Positions 31,663 to 42,456 of a DNA stretch of 64,000 nucleotides are shown piece after piece (the stretch's first letter is position 1; every line of letters begins with the position of its first letter). The stretch lies in assembly GCA_963813815.1 (NCBI GenBank), contig CAWFAD010000016.1:64001-128000 (forward strand), written 5' to 3'. The stretch comes from an uncultured bacterium (GTDB lineage: Bacteria; Krumholzibacteriota; Krumholzibacteriia; Krumholzibacteriales; Krumholzibacteriaceae). The notes beneath the pieces were generated by a model. The model searched no databases. It had not been told where the DNA came from and worked only from the letters and a program-made list of their open reading frames with translations. The position numbers and the translations under genes were made by a program.

Positions 31663-32452
31663 CCGCCGGGCCCGGCCGCGGCGGCCGCGACCGCGGGGCC
31701 GCGGGGTCCTGCCGGTAAAAGCGGGCGAGGAGCCCGTAGAGCCCCGGGTGGCGGGATTTGAGGTCGGCGGGCCTTTCGAAAAACGTCTCCGTGAGCACGG
31801 CGAAGAACTCGGCGGGACTCTCGGCGCCGTACCAGTCGAGCAGCGTCGGAACCCTCTTGCCGGCTTTCTTCCCGAGCGCCTCGAACTCCCGCGCGAACTC
31901 GCCCGCCCATTCGTCGGCGAGCTCCCTGTCGTCGAGTCTCGGCGTGCCGTCGGCGATTCCCGCCTCGTCGTCGAGCTGGTGGGCGAACTCGTGAAACATG
32001 ACGTTGTAGCCGTCCCGCGGCGCCGCGACGCTCTCGACGCAGTCGGCCCACGACAGCACGAGCGCTCCGGTGTCCCACGACTCGCCGTCCCGTTCCTCGT
32101 CCTCCTCGATCACGACGCCGTCCGGGCCGTGCTCGCGGAGCGGCGCGACGAACGCGCGCGGGTAGACGAGGACGGACGAGAGGAGCGGATAGACGTCGGT
32201 CTCGCGGTGGAGGAGCAGGATGCAGGCGTGCGCCGCGATCGTGAGGAGGATCTCGTCGGTGATCTCGAGGCCGTCGCACCCTTCGAACTTCTTCTCGGCG
32301 AGAAAAATTTGGATGAGCCCGCCGAGCTCGCCCCGTTCCGCTTCGTCGAGGAGCGAATAGAACGGCACGGCGCGTTCGAGAATCTCGATCCGGCCGGGCT
32401 CGAGAGGGGTATCCATAAGGCGCCTGCGGCGCCGCTTTTTCATGCCGAACAT
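31649..32452 (-). CDS. MtfA/M90-family zinc peptidase
   Basis: FLAEKKFEGC, GESW, NVMFHEFAHQLD, YGAESPAEFFAV.TE.FFE. Confidence 0.9.
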   Translation of the reverse strand: MFGMKKRRRRRLMDTPLEPGRIEILERAVPFYSLLDEAERGELGGLIQIFLAEKKFEGCDGLEITDEILLTIAAHACILLLHRETDVYPLLSSVLVYPRAFVAPLREHGPDGVVIEEDEERDGESWDTGALVLSWADCVESVAAPRDGYNVMFHEFAHQLDDEAGIADGTPRLDDRELADEWAGEFAREFEALGKKAGKRVPTLLDWYGAESPAEFFAVLTETFFERPADLKSRHPGLYGLLARFYRQDPAAPRSRPPRPGPAASGS

Positions 32453-32498
32453 CGACGGTCGCTTCGCTCTCCCAACGTGTGCCCCTTCCGGCCGGCGC

Positions 32499-32966
32499 TC
32501 ACAGCGAGCGCGCCCCCGAAATCAGGTAGTACGCTCGGCAGCTGTCGGTCTCGCAGGGGTCGGTATAGCCGAAAGTCGCCTCGAAAAAGCCGGAGAAGCT
32601 GTCCACGCTCGCGTACTCGATGGAGAAACGCGTCGTGAAACATCCCGTGCAGCCGATCGACGGATTGATCGGGATGCAGGTCGGCGATACGCTTTCGCCG
32701 GCGCCGCAGAGCGTCTGCTCGTCCCACGGCCCCCGCATCGATCCCCACACGATGGTGTCGCCCTCGATCGCGATCGTCGCGTTGCCGTCGAAGGGGGGCG
32801 CGACGGAGCAGTCCGTCGTGAGGAGCGAATACGTGACGTAGAAGGTTCCGCTGTAGGAAGACGGCTCGGGTTCCGGTTCGAGCGAGCCGTCGCCGTCGTC
32901 GCCGCTGTCGAAACACGCCGGCAGGACGACGGCCGCGGCGAGACAGAGAGCGATGAGCCTGCGCAT
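32499..32966 (-). CDS. Cys-rich hypothetical lipoprotein
   Basis: Signal ending LPAC; several Cys including CTGC. Confidence 0.7.
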   Translation of the reverse strand: MRRLIALCLAAAVVLPACFDSGDDGDGSLEPEPEPSSYSGTFYVTYSLLTTDCSVAPPFDGNATIAIEGDTIVWGSMRGPWDEQTLCGAGESVSPTCIPINPSIGCTGCFTTRFSIEYASVDSFSGFFEATFGYTDPCETDSCRAYYLISGARSL

Positions 32967-32989
32967 GGCGAATACTCCCCCGGTATGCG

Positions 32990-33018
32990 TTGAAGGAACG
33001 TCCTCTCCGTGATAGTAT
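32990..33018 (+). promoter_or_regulatory. Candidate sigma70 promoter for the moxR operon
   Basis: TTGAAG-N17-TAGTAT with extended TG. Confidence 0.45.
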
Positions 33019-33091
33019 CATGCCGATCGAGAGGAAGCAAGCGCGGCCGCGGTCGGCGGCTCGGCGCAGGCGTCAGACGCGGGAGAGAAGG

Positions 33092-34075
33092 ATGAGCGGT
33101 CACGACGACGAGCGCGCGCTCGCGCGGTTCGAGGAGGCGTACGGAGCCCTTCGACGGGAAATCGGCAAGGTCATCGTGGGACAGGAGCGCGTCGTGGAAG
33201 AGCTCCTCACGGCGCTCTTCGCCGGCGGCCACTGCCTTCTCGTCGGCGTGCCGGGCCTCGCGAAGACGCTCCTCGTTTCGACCGTGGCGCGGTGCCTCAA
33301 TCTCAGCTTTTCCCGCATTCAGTTCACGCCCGATCTCATGCCGAGCGACATAACGGGCACCGAGGTTCTCGAAGAGGACGCCGCGGCGAGGCGCCGCGCG
33401 TTCCGTTTTATCCGCGGCCCCGTGTTCGCCAATATCGTCCTCGCCGACGAGATCAACCGGACCCCGCCGAAGACGCAATCGGCCCTCCTTCAGGCGATGC
33501 AGGAGTATCAGGTGACGGCGGGCGGCTCGACGCACCCGCTCGAGCGCCCCTTCTTCGTGCTCGCCACGCAGAATCCGATCGAGCTCGAGGGAACGTATCC
33601 GCTCCCCGAGGCGCAGCTCGACCGGTTCATGTTCGACATACGCGTGCACTATCCGTCGGCGGACGAGGAGCTCGCGATCGTCGACACGACGACCTCCCGC
33701 GAGCCGGCCGAGCCCGTCGCCGTGCTCGGAGGCGCGGATATCGTCGCGGCGCAGGCGCTCGTGCGGAGCGTTCCGGTCGCCGAGAGCGTGCTCCGCTACG
33801 CCGTCCGGCTCGTCCGGGCGAGCCGCGAGCGGGATCTCCCCGGCGTGGGACAGTACCTCTCGTGGGGGGCGGGGCCGCGCGCCGGGCAGTACCTCGTTCT
33901 CGGCGCCAAGGCGCGGGCCATCATGGAGCGCCGCACGACGCCGTCGATCGAGGACGTGCGGGCCGTGGCGCTCCCCGTTCTGCGGCACCGCATCGTCACC
34001 AACTTTCACGCCGAGGCCGACGGGGTGGCGGCCGACGAGCTCGTCGGCCGGCTCCTCGAGCGCGTGGCGCCTTGA
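33092..34075 (+). CDS. MoxR-family AAA+ ATPase
   Basis: GVPGLAKT, RIQFTPDLMPSD, DEINR, ATQNPIELEGTYPLPEAQLDRF. Confidence 0.95.
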   Translation: MSGHDDERALARFEEAYGALRREIGKVIVGQERVVEELLTALFAGGHCLLVGVPGLAKTLLVSTVARCLNLSFSRIQFTPDLMPSDITGTEVLEEDAAARRRAFRFIRGPVFANIVLADEINRTPPKTQSALLQAMQEYQVTAGGSTHPLERPFFVLATQNPIELEGTYPLPEAQLDRFMFDIRVHYPSADEELAIVDTTTSREPAEPVAVLGGADIVAAQALVRSVPVAESVLRYAVRLVRASRERDLPGVGQYLSWGAGPRAGQYLVLGAKARAIMERRTTPSIEDVRAVALPVLRHRIVTNFHAEADGVAADELVGRLLERVAP

Positions 34076-34121
34076 GCGTCGCGCCGCTCGCGGCGAACGC
34101 GGCGGCCGGAAGAATCGATCG

Positions 34122-35030
34122 ATGTCGCCCAAGGAAGCAAGACTCGCCGAATTCCTGAAACCCGAGGTCGTGAGCAGGCTCGCGAACATGGATCTTCGCG
34201 CGCGGCTCATCGTCGAGGGATTCATCGCGGGGCTCCACCGGAGCCCCTACCATGGATTCTCCGTCGAGTTCGCCGAGTACCGGCCCTACAACGCCGGAGA
34301 GTCGACCCGCGACGTCGACTGGCGGATCTACGGCAAGACCGACCGCTACTACGTCAAGGTCTTCGAGGACGAGACGAACCTCCGCGCGACGATCCTTCTC
34401 GACCGGAGCGCCTCGATGGATTTCTCGAGCGGCGCCGGCGTCACGAAGCTCCGTTACGCCGCGCTCCTCGGGGCGGCGCTCTCGTACCTCATGATCATGC
34501 AGCGCGACGCCGTGGGGCTCGTCGTCTTCGACGAGCGCGTGAGCGCCGCCGTTCCCCATCGCTCGGCGAGGCAGCACCTCCTGCACCTGCTCCGCGCCCT
34601 CGAGGAGGTCCGTCCGGGTGAGCGCACCGAGATCGCGCGCACGCTCCGCGAGACGGCCGAGCGCCTCAAGCGCCGCGGGCTCGTCATCATCGCGAGCGAT
34701 CTCCTCGACGATCCGGAGCTCGTGCTCGGCGGGCTCAAGGCGTTCCGGCATCGCGGGCACGAGGTCGTCGTTTTTCACGTTCTCGATCCGCAGGAGCTCG
34801 CCCTCGATTACGGCGGCGAAATCCGGTTCGTCGACCGGGAGACGGGCGAGAAGGTGCGCACGCAGCCGTATTTTCTCAAGGGAGCGTACCGGCGGAGCGT
34901 TTCCCGCTGGATCTCCGATCTCGAGCGCGGTTGCAAAGAGCACGCGATCGACTACAACCTCGTGACGACGGAGACTCCCTTCGATCAGGCCCTCGTCGCG
35001 TACCTCAACAAGCGGCGGCGCCTGCGGTGA
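34122..35030 (+). CDS. DUF58 (vWA-like) protein
   Basis: GLHRSPYHGFSVEFAEYRPY, DWR, EDETN, DRSASM. Confidence 0.93.
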   Translation: MSPKEARLAEFLKPEVVSRLANMDLRARLIVEGFIAGLHRSPYHGFSVEFAEYRPYNAGESTRDVDWRIYGKTDRYYVKVFEDETNLRATILLDRSASMDFSSGAGVTKLRYAALLGAALSYLMIMQRDAVGLVVFDERVSAAVPHRSARQHLLHLLRALEEVRPGERTEIARTLRETAERLKRRGLVIIASDLLDDPELVLGGLKAFRHRGHEVVVFHVLDPQELALDYGGEIRFVDRETGEKVRTQPYFLKGAYRRSVSRWISDLERGCKEHAIDYNLVTTETPFDQALVAYLNKRRRLR

Positions 35031-35037
35031 GGAGCGC

Positions 35038-37101
35038 ATGAACTTTCTCGCCCCCGCATATCTCGTCGCGCTCGCCGCGGTGGCGGTGCCGGTTCTCATT
35101 CACATCTTCGCGCGCCGCCGCGTGCCGGAGATGCCGTGGAGCTCGATCCGCTTTCTGCGACCGGCGGACCGGCGGAGCATGGTGCGGATCAACGTGCGCC
35201 GGCTCCTGCTGCTCGCGCTCCGCGTCGCGGGCGTCGCGCTCGTGGCGCTCGCCCTCGCGCGGCCCGTCGTGCGCGGCTCGCTCGCCTCGCTCTTCCCCGC
35301 GGGGGGGTCGCGCGCCGCGTGCATTCTCCTCGACCGGAGCTACAGCATGGGGGTCGAGACCGACGGCGGCACGGCGTTCGAGCGGGCGAAGGCCCGGATC
35401 GAGCCGCTGCTCGCGGAGCTTTCGGGAGGGGACCGCGTGACGGTCGTGCTCTTCGACACGGCGGCGGAGGTCGCGTACGACGGCGAGCTCGACCCGCCGG
35501 CCGTCCTCGCCTCGCTCGCGGGCACCGCTCCCTCGTGGCGGGGAACCGATCTCCGGGCCGCCGTGGCGTTCGGCCGGCGCGCGCTCGAGCGGTCCGGGCG
35601 CGAGACGCGCGAGCTCTACCTTCTCTCGGATTTTCAGAGAACGGGCCTCGGGGAGGGGCGGGGGGCCGAAGGGCGGAGCGGGGAGCCCGTGCGGGCGCTC
35701 CTGCTCCCCGTCGCGGCAGGCGATCCGGCGAACGTGGCGATCGAGGACGTCTCGACGCCGCGCGCCGCGCTCCGCCGGGGCGAGGCGGCCTCCCTCGGCA
35801 TCGTCATGCGCAACGCGGCGCGGGACCGGGAGGCGCGTTTTCCGATCGAGGTCGAGATCGGGGGGCGGCGCGTGATGGAAAAGGAGATCGCGATACCGCC
35901 CGGGGGCGCCCACGTCGAGACCGCCGTCGCGCCCGTCGAGCGATCGGGCTGGACGCTCGGGATCGTGCGCAAGCGCCCCGACCGGCTCGCCGCCGACGAC
36001 ACCCGCTACTTTGCGCTGCGCGCGCGCGAGAAGACGAACGTGCTGCTCATCGCCGAGGGCGGGAGCTTCTACCTCGAGCAGGCGCTCTCGCCCGCGGGGG
36101 CGGAGAGCGGCGTCGCCCTCGTGACGAAGAGCGCGCGAGGCTTCACGACGGCCGATCTCGAGCGGGCGGACGCGGTCGTGCTCGGGCCGGGGCCCGGGCT
36201 CGAGGATCGCGACGCCGGGCTCGTGCGGCGGTTCGTCTCGGACGGCGGCTCGGCGCTCGTGCTCGTGCTGCCCGAGCTCGCGGCCGCCGCCCGGCGCCTG
36301 AGCGGCGCGCGGCTCTCGATGGATTTCGCCGAAACGCCGGGAGGATTTTTCACGATCAGACCTCCCGAGCCGCCGCCCGCTTTTCTCGCCCCGTTCGGCG
36401 AGGAGGACCTCCGCGCGCTCGCGCGGGTCCGCTTCCGGCGCGCGGCCCTCGTGAGGGGCGCGCGGGAGGGGGACGTCCGGCTCGCCTTCTCGACGGGGCA
36501 TCCCTTCGTCTGGGAGGAGCGCATCGGCGAGGGAACGGTCATATTCGCCTGCCTCGATCCGCGACCGGAGGCGGGCGAGCTCGTGCTCTCGCCTCTCTTC
36601 CTGCCCCTCGTGCAGCAGCTCGTCCTCGCGGGAGGAGCGCGCCGGGGGGCCGCGGAGAGCGTGCTCGTCGGAGAGGAGGCCTCATGGGAGGGGAGCGCGA
36701 GCGGCGAGATCGAAGTCCGCATGCCGGACGGGAGCGCGTTGAAGGCCGGGACCGCCGCCGGGGGGGCCGCCTCGGAGATCGCCGTTCCTCCGTCCGGGGA
36801 GCCGGGGTTCATCGCGATCGTCGCGGGGCCGGATACCGTCTCGATCATCGCCGTCAATCCCGATTGCCGCCGGGAGTCGGATCTCTCGCCGCTTCCGGCG
36901 CGGGAGGCCGCGGACTCGCTCGGGCTCGAGCACCGGGTGGCGATCGACGAGGGGGGCGACTTCGCCGCGGCCGCGCGGGAGGCGCGCGAGGGAAAGGAAA
37001 TCGCGCTGCCGCTCCTCGTGGCGGCGATCGCGGTCTTCGCCGTCGAGCTCTTCGTGGCGCAGCGCGCGCCGGCCGGGGCGGAGGAGAATCATGTGGGATG
37101 A
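35038..37101 (+). CDS. BatA/vWA-domain membrane protein
   Basis: MNFLAP...PVLIH, LALARP, MIDAS DRSYSM, SDFQ, C-terminal TM. Confidence 0.88.
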   Translation: MNFLAPAYLVALAAVAVPVLIHIFARRRVPEMPWSSIRFLRPADRRSMVRINVRRLLLLALRVAGVALVALALARPVVRGSLASLFPAGGSRAACILLDRSYSMGVETDGGTAFERAKARIEPLLAELSGGDRVTVVLFDTAAEVAYDGELDPPAVLASLAGTAPSWRGTDLRAAVAFGRRALERSGRETRELYLLSDFQRTGLGEGRGAEGRSGEPVRALLLPVAAGDPANVAIEDVSTPRAALRRGEAASLGIVMRNAARDREARFPIEVEIGGRRVMEKEIAIPPGGAHVETAVAPVERSGWTLGIVRKRPDRLAADDTRYFALRAREKTNVLLIAEGGSFYLEQALSPAGAESGVALVTKSARGFTTADLERADAVVLGPGPGLEDRDAGLVRRFVSDGGSALVLVLPELAAAARRLSGARLSMDFAETPGGFFTIRPPEPPPAFLAPFGEEDLRALARVRFRRAALVRGAREGDVRLAFSTGHPFVWEERIGEGTVIFACLDPRPEAGELVLSPLFLPLVQQLVLAGGARRGAAESVLVGEEASWEGSASGEIEVRMPDGSALKAGTAAGGAASEIAVPPSGEPGFIAIVAGPDTVSIIAVNPDCRRESDLSPLPAREAADSLGLEHRVAIDEGGDFAAAAREAREGKEIALPLLVAAIAVFAVELFVAQRAPAGAEENHVG

Positions 37102-40100
37102 TTTGAAAACAAAGCTCTCGGCCCTTCCGCAGTACCGGGAGATCGCGGGCGCGATCGCGGGGGAGCCGGGAGCGGTCCGCGTCGCGGGGCTCTACGGCAG
37201 CGCGCGGGCGCTGCTCCTCGCCCGGCTCGCCGAGGAGCTCTCCGCTCCGCTCCTCCTCGTCGCGCCCGATCCCGTCCGCGCGAGGGACCTCGAGGACGAC
37301 CTCCGGATCTTCGGCATGGAAGGCGTCGTCGCGTATCCGGAGGACGAGATCCTTCCCTACGACTATCACGATCCCGACCGCAACCTCACCGGCATGCAGA
37401 TGCTCGCGCTCGACGCGCTCGGACGGGGGCGCGTGCGCGCGCTCGTCTGCACGATGCGCGGGGCGCTCAAGAAGGTCTATTCGCCGGCGCTCTTCCGGAG
37501 CCTCGTCGTCGATATCCGCGCGCGGGAGGAGCGGGATCCGGTCGAGCTCGCCGAAGCGCTCGTGCGGCTCGGCTACGAGCGGCACGAAACGGTCGAGGCG
37601 AAAGGCATGTTCGCCGTGAGGGGCGGCATATTCGATCTCTTCCCCGTCGCCGAGGACGAACCGGTCCGCATGGAGTTCGACGGGGACGCGATCGTCTCGA
37701 TGCGGACCTTCGACATCGAGACGCAGCGCTCGACCGGCGCGCGCGAGGCCCTGCGCGCGCATCCGCCGTCGCACATCTATCTCGATCCCGCCGGCGTGTC
37801 GCGGCTCGCGGAGCGGCTCCGGAGCTCGAGCGCGCAGCTCGGCGGCGAGGAGCGCGCGCACCATCTCCTCGCGGCGGAGCGTCTCGAGAAGGGAATTCCG
37901 TTCTTCGGCATGGAGCACTACGCGGCGTCCGTGCACGAGGTCGTTCCCCTCTTCGATCACTTCGCCGCGCCGCCGGCGGTCGTGATCGTCGACGCGGAGG
38001 ACGTGGACTCCGGGCTCGTCGAGTTTCGCGGGGAGATCGCCGAGCGCTACGTGCGGAGCCGCGGCGAGGGAAATCTGTACCCCTCCCCCGCGGAGGTCTA
38101 CGTGGGGGAAGAGGAGCTCGCGGAGCGCCTCGCGCGCGCGAAGCGCCTCGTGCTCCACAAGCTCGAATGGGAAGGAGCGGTTCGCTTCGGCACGTCCTCT
38201 CCGGGGGACTACCGACGCAATCTCGCCGGGCTCGTGAGCGACGTCGAGAAGGAGCTGCGGCGGGGCAACCGGATCTACTTTTTCTGCGCGAACCGCTTCC
38301 AGCGCGAGCGGGCCGAGGAGCTTCTCGAGGACGTCGCGCTCGAGATCGATTTTCCGCTCGGAGAGCTCTCGAGCGGGTTCCGCTGGCCGGAGATCGGCGT
38401 CTTCTTCCTGAGCGAGGCGGAGGTCTTCGGGCGATACCACCGGCCGTACCACACGAAACCCGCGCGCAGCCGCTCGCTCGCCTACGATCCGTCGCATTTT
38501 CAGGCGGGCGATTTCATCGTGCACGTGAACCACGGGATCGGCCGCTACATGGGGATGCGCGTCATCGACGTCGAGAGCGGGAGAACCGAATGCCTCGACC
38601 TCCGCTATGGCGGCGACGACCATCTCTTCATTCCCGTCGCGCAGCTCCGCATGGTCGAGAAGTACACGGGGGGCGAGGGGGATGAGCCGGAGCTCGCCCG
38701 GCTCGGCGGCGCCGCGTGGGGGCGCGCCCGCGAGCGGGCGAGAAAGAGCGCGGAGAAGATCGCGCGCGATCTCCTCGAGGTGTACGCGGCCCGCCAGATC
38801 GCCGAGGGGTTCGCGCACGCCCCCGACCGTCCGTGGCAGATGGAGATGGAAGCCTCCTTTCCGTACGAGGAGACCGAGCACCAGCTCCGCGCCACGGCCG
38901 AGGTCAAGAGCGACATGGAAGCGGAGCGCCCGATGGACCGGCTGCTCTGCGGGGACGTCGGCTTCGGCAAGACGGAGGTGGCGGTGCGCGCGGCCTTCAA
39001 GGCGGCGCTCTCCGGCAAGCAGGTCGCGATCCTCGTGCCGACGACCGTTCTCGCGATGCAGCACTACGCGACGGTGAGCGAGCGGCTTCAGGGGTACCCG
39101 GTGCGGGTCGCGACCCTCAGCCGCTTCGTTTCCCCGGCCGCGCAGAAGAAGGTCGTCGCCGACGCGGCCGCCGGCCAGGTCGATATCGTCGTCGGCACGC
39201 ACCGGCTGCTGTCGGGGGACGTCCTCTTCAAGGACCTCGGCCTCGTCGTCGTCGACGAGGAGCACCGCTTCGGCGTTCGCCACAAGGACCGCTTCCGCGC
39301 GCTCAAGAAGAGCGTGGACGTGCTCAGCATGACGGCGACGCCGATCCCCCGCACGCTTTCGATGGCGCTCTCGGGCATCCGCGATTTCAGCGTGATCGAC
39401 ACGCCGCCCCGCAACCGCCTCCCCATTCACACCGAGATACTCCCCTTCGACGACGACCGGATCCGCGACGCCGTCATGCGCGAGGTCGACAGAGGGGGGC
39501 AGGTGTTCTTCGTCCACAACCGCGTGCAGTCGATCGCGGTCATGGAAGGGTTCCTGAGGCGCCTCCTTCCCGAGCGCATCAGGATCTCGTCGGCGCACGG
39601 CCAGATGAACGAGCACGAGCTCGAGCGCCGGATGATCGATTTTCTCGAACGGCGCTTCGACGTCCTCGTCTGCACGATGATCATCGAGGCGGGGCTCGAT
39701 TTTCCCAACGTGAACACGATCATCATCAACCGGGCCGACCGGTTCGGCCTCGCCCAGATCTACCAGCTCCGCGGCCGCGTCGGGCGCTCCGACCGCAAGG
39801 CGTACGCGTATCTCCTCGTGCCGCGCGGCAAAACGCTCACGCCGCAGGCGATGAAACGGCTGCAGGCGATCAGCGAGTTCGACTACCTCGGAGCCGGGTA
39901 CCGCATCGCGATGCGCGACCTCGAGATCCGCGGCGCGGGGAACCTCCTCGGCGTGGAGCAGTCGGGCAACGTGAGCGCGGTCGGGCTCGATCTCTACACG
40001 CGGATGCTGCGCGAGGAGGTGGCGCGGCTGCGCGGCGAGAGCGTTCCCGAGGAGCGCGAGATCCGCATGAACGTGCCCGTCCCCGCGTACCTCCCCTCCG

Positions 40101-40576
40101 AGTACGTTCTCGACTCCGAGGAGCGCATGGAGATTTACCGGCGCGTCTCCCGGATCGCCTCCGCGGCCGAGGCGGCCGACATGCGGGACGAGCTTCGCGA
40201 CCGCTTCGGCCCGCCGCCCGGCCCCGCCGTCAACATGATGCGGCTCGTCGAGATCAAGGCGCGCTCTCTGGCCGCCGGCATCGACCGGATCGAGATCGAC
40301 CGCGGCGGAATCCTGCGCGTGGGATTCTCGCCGGCGGCCGTGCCGGACCGCGGGCGGATCGCCGGGATCGTCGAGCTTTTTCCCGGACGCCTCGCCTTTC
40401 TGGCGAACGAGGGGTTCGCCGTGACCGTGCGGCCGCCCCGGGGAAAGGCCCCCGGCGACCCCGTTTCCTCCGCCTGCCGCGCCGCGGCGGCCGGCGACGC
40501 GGGCGGCTCCATGATCGAGTCGCGCCTCGACGATCTCGAAAACCTGTTGAAATCGCTGGAATTTTCTGCTAAATAG
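37091..40576 (+). CDS. mfd: Transcription-repair coupling factor
   Basis: VHVNHGIGRY, CGDVGFGKTEVA, DEEHRFG, TATPIPRTL, QLRGRVGR, DLEIRGAGNLLG. Confidence 0.98.
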   Translation: MWDDLKTKLSALPQYREIAGAIAGEPGAVRVAGLYGSARALLLARLAEELSAPLLLVAPDPVRARDLEDDLRIFGMEGVVAYPEDEILPYDYHDPDRNLTGMQMLALDALGRGRVRALVCTMRGALKKVYSPALFRSLVVDIRAREERDPVELAEALVRLGYERHETVEAKGMFAVRGGIFDLFPVAEDEPVRMEFDGDAIVSMRTFDIETQRSTGAREALRAHPPSHIYLDPAGVSRLAERLRSSSAQLGGEERAHHLLAAERLEKGIPFFGMEHYAASVHEVVPLFDHFAAPPAVVIVDAEDVDSGLVEFRGEIAERYVRSRGEGNLYPSPAEVYVGEEELAERLARAKRLVLHKLEWEGAVRFGTSSPGDYRRNLAGLVSDVEKELRRGNRIYFFCANRFQRERAEELLEDVALEIDFPLGELSSGFRWPEIGVFFLSEAEVFGRYHRPYHTKPARSRSLAYDPSHFQAGDFIVHVNHGIGRYMGMRVIDVESGRTECLDLRYGGDDHLFIPVAQLRMVEKYTGGEGDEPELARLGGAAWGRARERARKSAEKIARDLLEVYAARQIAEGFAHAPDRPWQMEMEASFPYEETEHQLRATAEVKSDMEAERPMDRLLCGDVGFGKTEVAVRAAFKAALSGKQVAILVPTTVLAMQHYATVSERLQGYPVRVATLSRFVSPAAQKKVVADAAAGQVDIVVGTHRLLSGDVLFKDLGLVVVDEEHRFGVRHKDRFRALKKSVDVLSMTATPIPRTLSMALSGIRDFSVIDTPPRNRLPIHTEILPFDDDRIRDAVMREVDRGGQVFFVHNRVQSIAVMEGFLRRLLPERIRISSAHGQMNEHELERRMIDFLERRFDVLVCTMIIEAGLDFPNVNTIIINRADRFGLAQIYQLRGRVGRSDRKAYAYLLVPRGKTLTPQAMKRLQAISEFDYLGAGYRIAMRDLEIRGAGNLLGVEQSGNVSAVGLDLYTRMLREEVARLRGESVPEEREIRMNVPVPAYLPSEYVLDSEERMEIYRRVSRIASAAEAADMRDELRDRFGPPPGPAVNMMRLVEIKARSLAAGIDRIEIDRGGILRVGFSPAAVPDRGRIAGIVELFPGRLAFLANEGFAVTVRPPRGKAPGDPVSSACRAAAAGDAGGSMIESRLDDLENLLKSLEFSAK

Positions 40577-40698
40577 AATAGTTTAAAGTGGATAGGACGG
40601 ACGCGCGGGGGAAACGCCCCGCCCGCGCGGATCGAGCGGCGCCGCCGCTCCCCCGCGGAGCCGTCGGAACAGCCTGCATGAGTAGAAAGGAGACCGCG

Positions 40699-42438
40699 TT
40701 GAAGAGAATCATCCTCTGCGTGACGGCCCTGTCGCTACTTCTCTCGCTCGGGTGCGGTAAGAGGGAAGACAAGGTGGTCGCGAAGGTGGGCGATCGCAAG
40801 ATCACGATCGGCCAGTTCGAGAAAGCGTCCGAGACGATGGAGGAGAAATATCTTCCCGTGAGCTCGGACCTCGCCGGCAAGAAAGAGCTGCTCGATCACA
40901 TGATCAACAAGGAAGTCATGGCGCTCAAGGCCCTCTCCGCGGGATACGAGAAGGACGAGGCCTTCGTCACCTTCTGGAATCGCTACAAGGCGCAATATCT
41001 CGTCGCGGCCATGGAGAACGAGTTCATTCTAAAGAAGGTCACCGTCACCGACGAGGAGACCAAGAACTACTTCGATCAGATGCACAAGGAATACACCCTG
41101 AGCCAGATCGTGCTCGCCGACGAAAATCAGGCGCTCGAGGTCCGGGCGCAGCTTTTCGCCGGGGCGGATTTCGCCGAGCTGGCCCGGAAGTACTCTCTGA
41201 GCCGCGACTCCGAGGTCGGCGGCTCCATCGGACCGAGCAACATCGGGGAGATGTTCTGGTGGATCGAAGAGGCCCTCTTCTCGATGAAAGAGGGGGAGAT
41301 CTCGCAGCCGCTTCCCTCGAGCTCGGGGTACGTTCTCATCAAGGTGCACGGCGTCCGGCAGATCCAGCCGGACAAGGATCTCGATTGGGCGGGGAAGCGG
41401 GTGCGCGCGGTCAAGGAGAAGAAGCTCCTCATGGATCTCAAGAAAAAGATCGAGAAGGAGATCGGGCTCGTCATCTACACCGACGCGGTGGACATCGTCT
41501 ACAGCAATCTGCCGCCCGACATCAACTTCGGGGATCTCGTCGAGGGCAGGGTGAACCGCGAGAACGCGCCGAAGCTCGAGATTCCGGAGCAGTACCAGGC
41601 GATGCTGATCGCGCAGTACGCCGATTCGAGCTACACGCTCAAGGACTACCTCGCGATCTACGAGGCGCTCGGGCTCCCGGAGCGGCCGCGCCGCGAGTAC
41701 GGCAAGGAGCACATCGTCGAATCGATTCACAAGCGCATCTGGGACATCGTGCTGCCGGTCTACGCGGAGCAGCAGCTCAAGGTTCAGAACATCCCCGAGG
41801 TCGCCAAGGGTCTTCAGGAAAAGAAAGAGATGTTCCTCGTCTACACGCTCTATAACGATCAGGTTCGCAAGGATCTCATCGTCACCGAAGACGACGTCCG
41901 GCAGTACTACGACGAGCACCAGTCGGAGATCGCGAGCCCCGAGGAGCGCGATTTCGGGCTCATCCTCGTCGGCTCGAAGGCGGCGGCGGAGGAGGTCGCG
42001 AAGCTCGCGCGCGCGGGCGGCAACTGGGGCAAGCTGGCGGCGAAGCACTCCGAGGATTCGGGCGTCAAGGAGAACGGCGGACGCATGGGCATGCATCCGC
42101 GCGGGCACTACGCCGATTACGACCGCGTCATATTCTCCCTCGGCGCCGGGGAGATCTCGGATCCCTTCGAGGTGCCGCGCGGCTGGGCGGTCGCGACGGT
42201 GTTCGCGATCAAGCAGCCCGAGCCGGTGCCCTTCGAGGAGGCCAAGCAGAGCATTCAAAACAAGATCTCCGAGGAGCGCGCGGAGAAGATCCTGATGGAA
42301 AAGCTCGCGACGTGGCGCAAGAACTATACGGTCGACGTCAACGAGGGCAATCTCAAGAAGGCCGAGCTCAAGCGAACGCGGCCGACCGAACCGTCCGGAG
42401 AGCCGGTCGCGCCGCCGGTCGCGTCGCCGGTCTCGTGA
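40699..42438 (+). CDS. Lipoprotein with two parvulin PPIase domains
   Basis: AAAGGAG then TTG start; lipobox LSLGC; DFAELARKYS and LAAKHSED..GG. Confidence 0.85.
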   Translation: MKRIILCVTALSLLLSLGCGKREDKVVAKVGDRKITIGQFEKASETMEEKYLPVSSDLAGKKELLDHMINKEVMALKALSAGYEKDEAFVTFWNRYKAQYLVAAMENEFILKKVTVTDEETKNYFDQMHKEYTLSQIVLADENQALEVRAQLFAGADFAELARKYSLSRDSEVGGSIGPSNIGEMFWWIEEALFSMKEGEISQPLPSSSGYVLIKVHGVRQIQPDKDLDWAGKRVRAVKEKKLLMDLKKKIEKEIGLVIYTDAVDIVYSNLPPDINFGDLVEGRVNRENAPKLEIPEQYQAMLIAQYADSSYTLKDYLAIYEALGLPERPRREYGKEHIVESIHKRIWDIVLPVYAEQQLKVQNIPEVAKGLQEKKEMFLVYTLYNDQVRKDLIVTEDDVRQYYDEHQSEIASPEERDFGLILVGSKAAAEEVAKLARAGGNWGKLAAKHSEDSGVKENGGRMGMHPRGHYADYDRVIFSLGAGEISDPFEVPRGWAVATVFAIKQPEPVPFEEAKQSIQNKISEERAEKILMEKLATWRKNYTVDVNEGNLKKAELKRTRPTEPSGEPVAPPVASPVS

Positions 42439-42456
42439 GGCGGCGATGAGCGCGCG

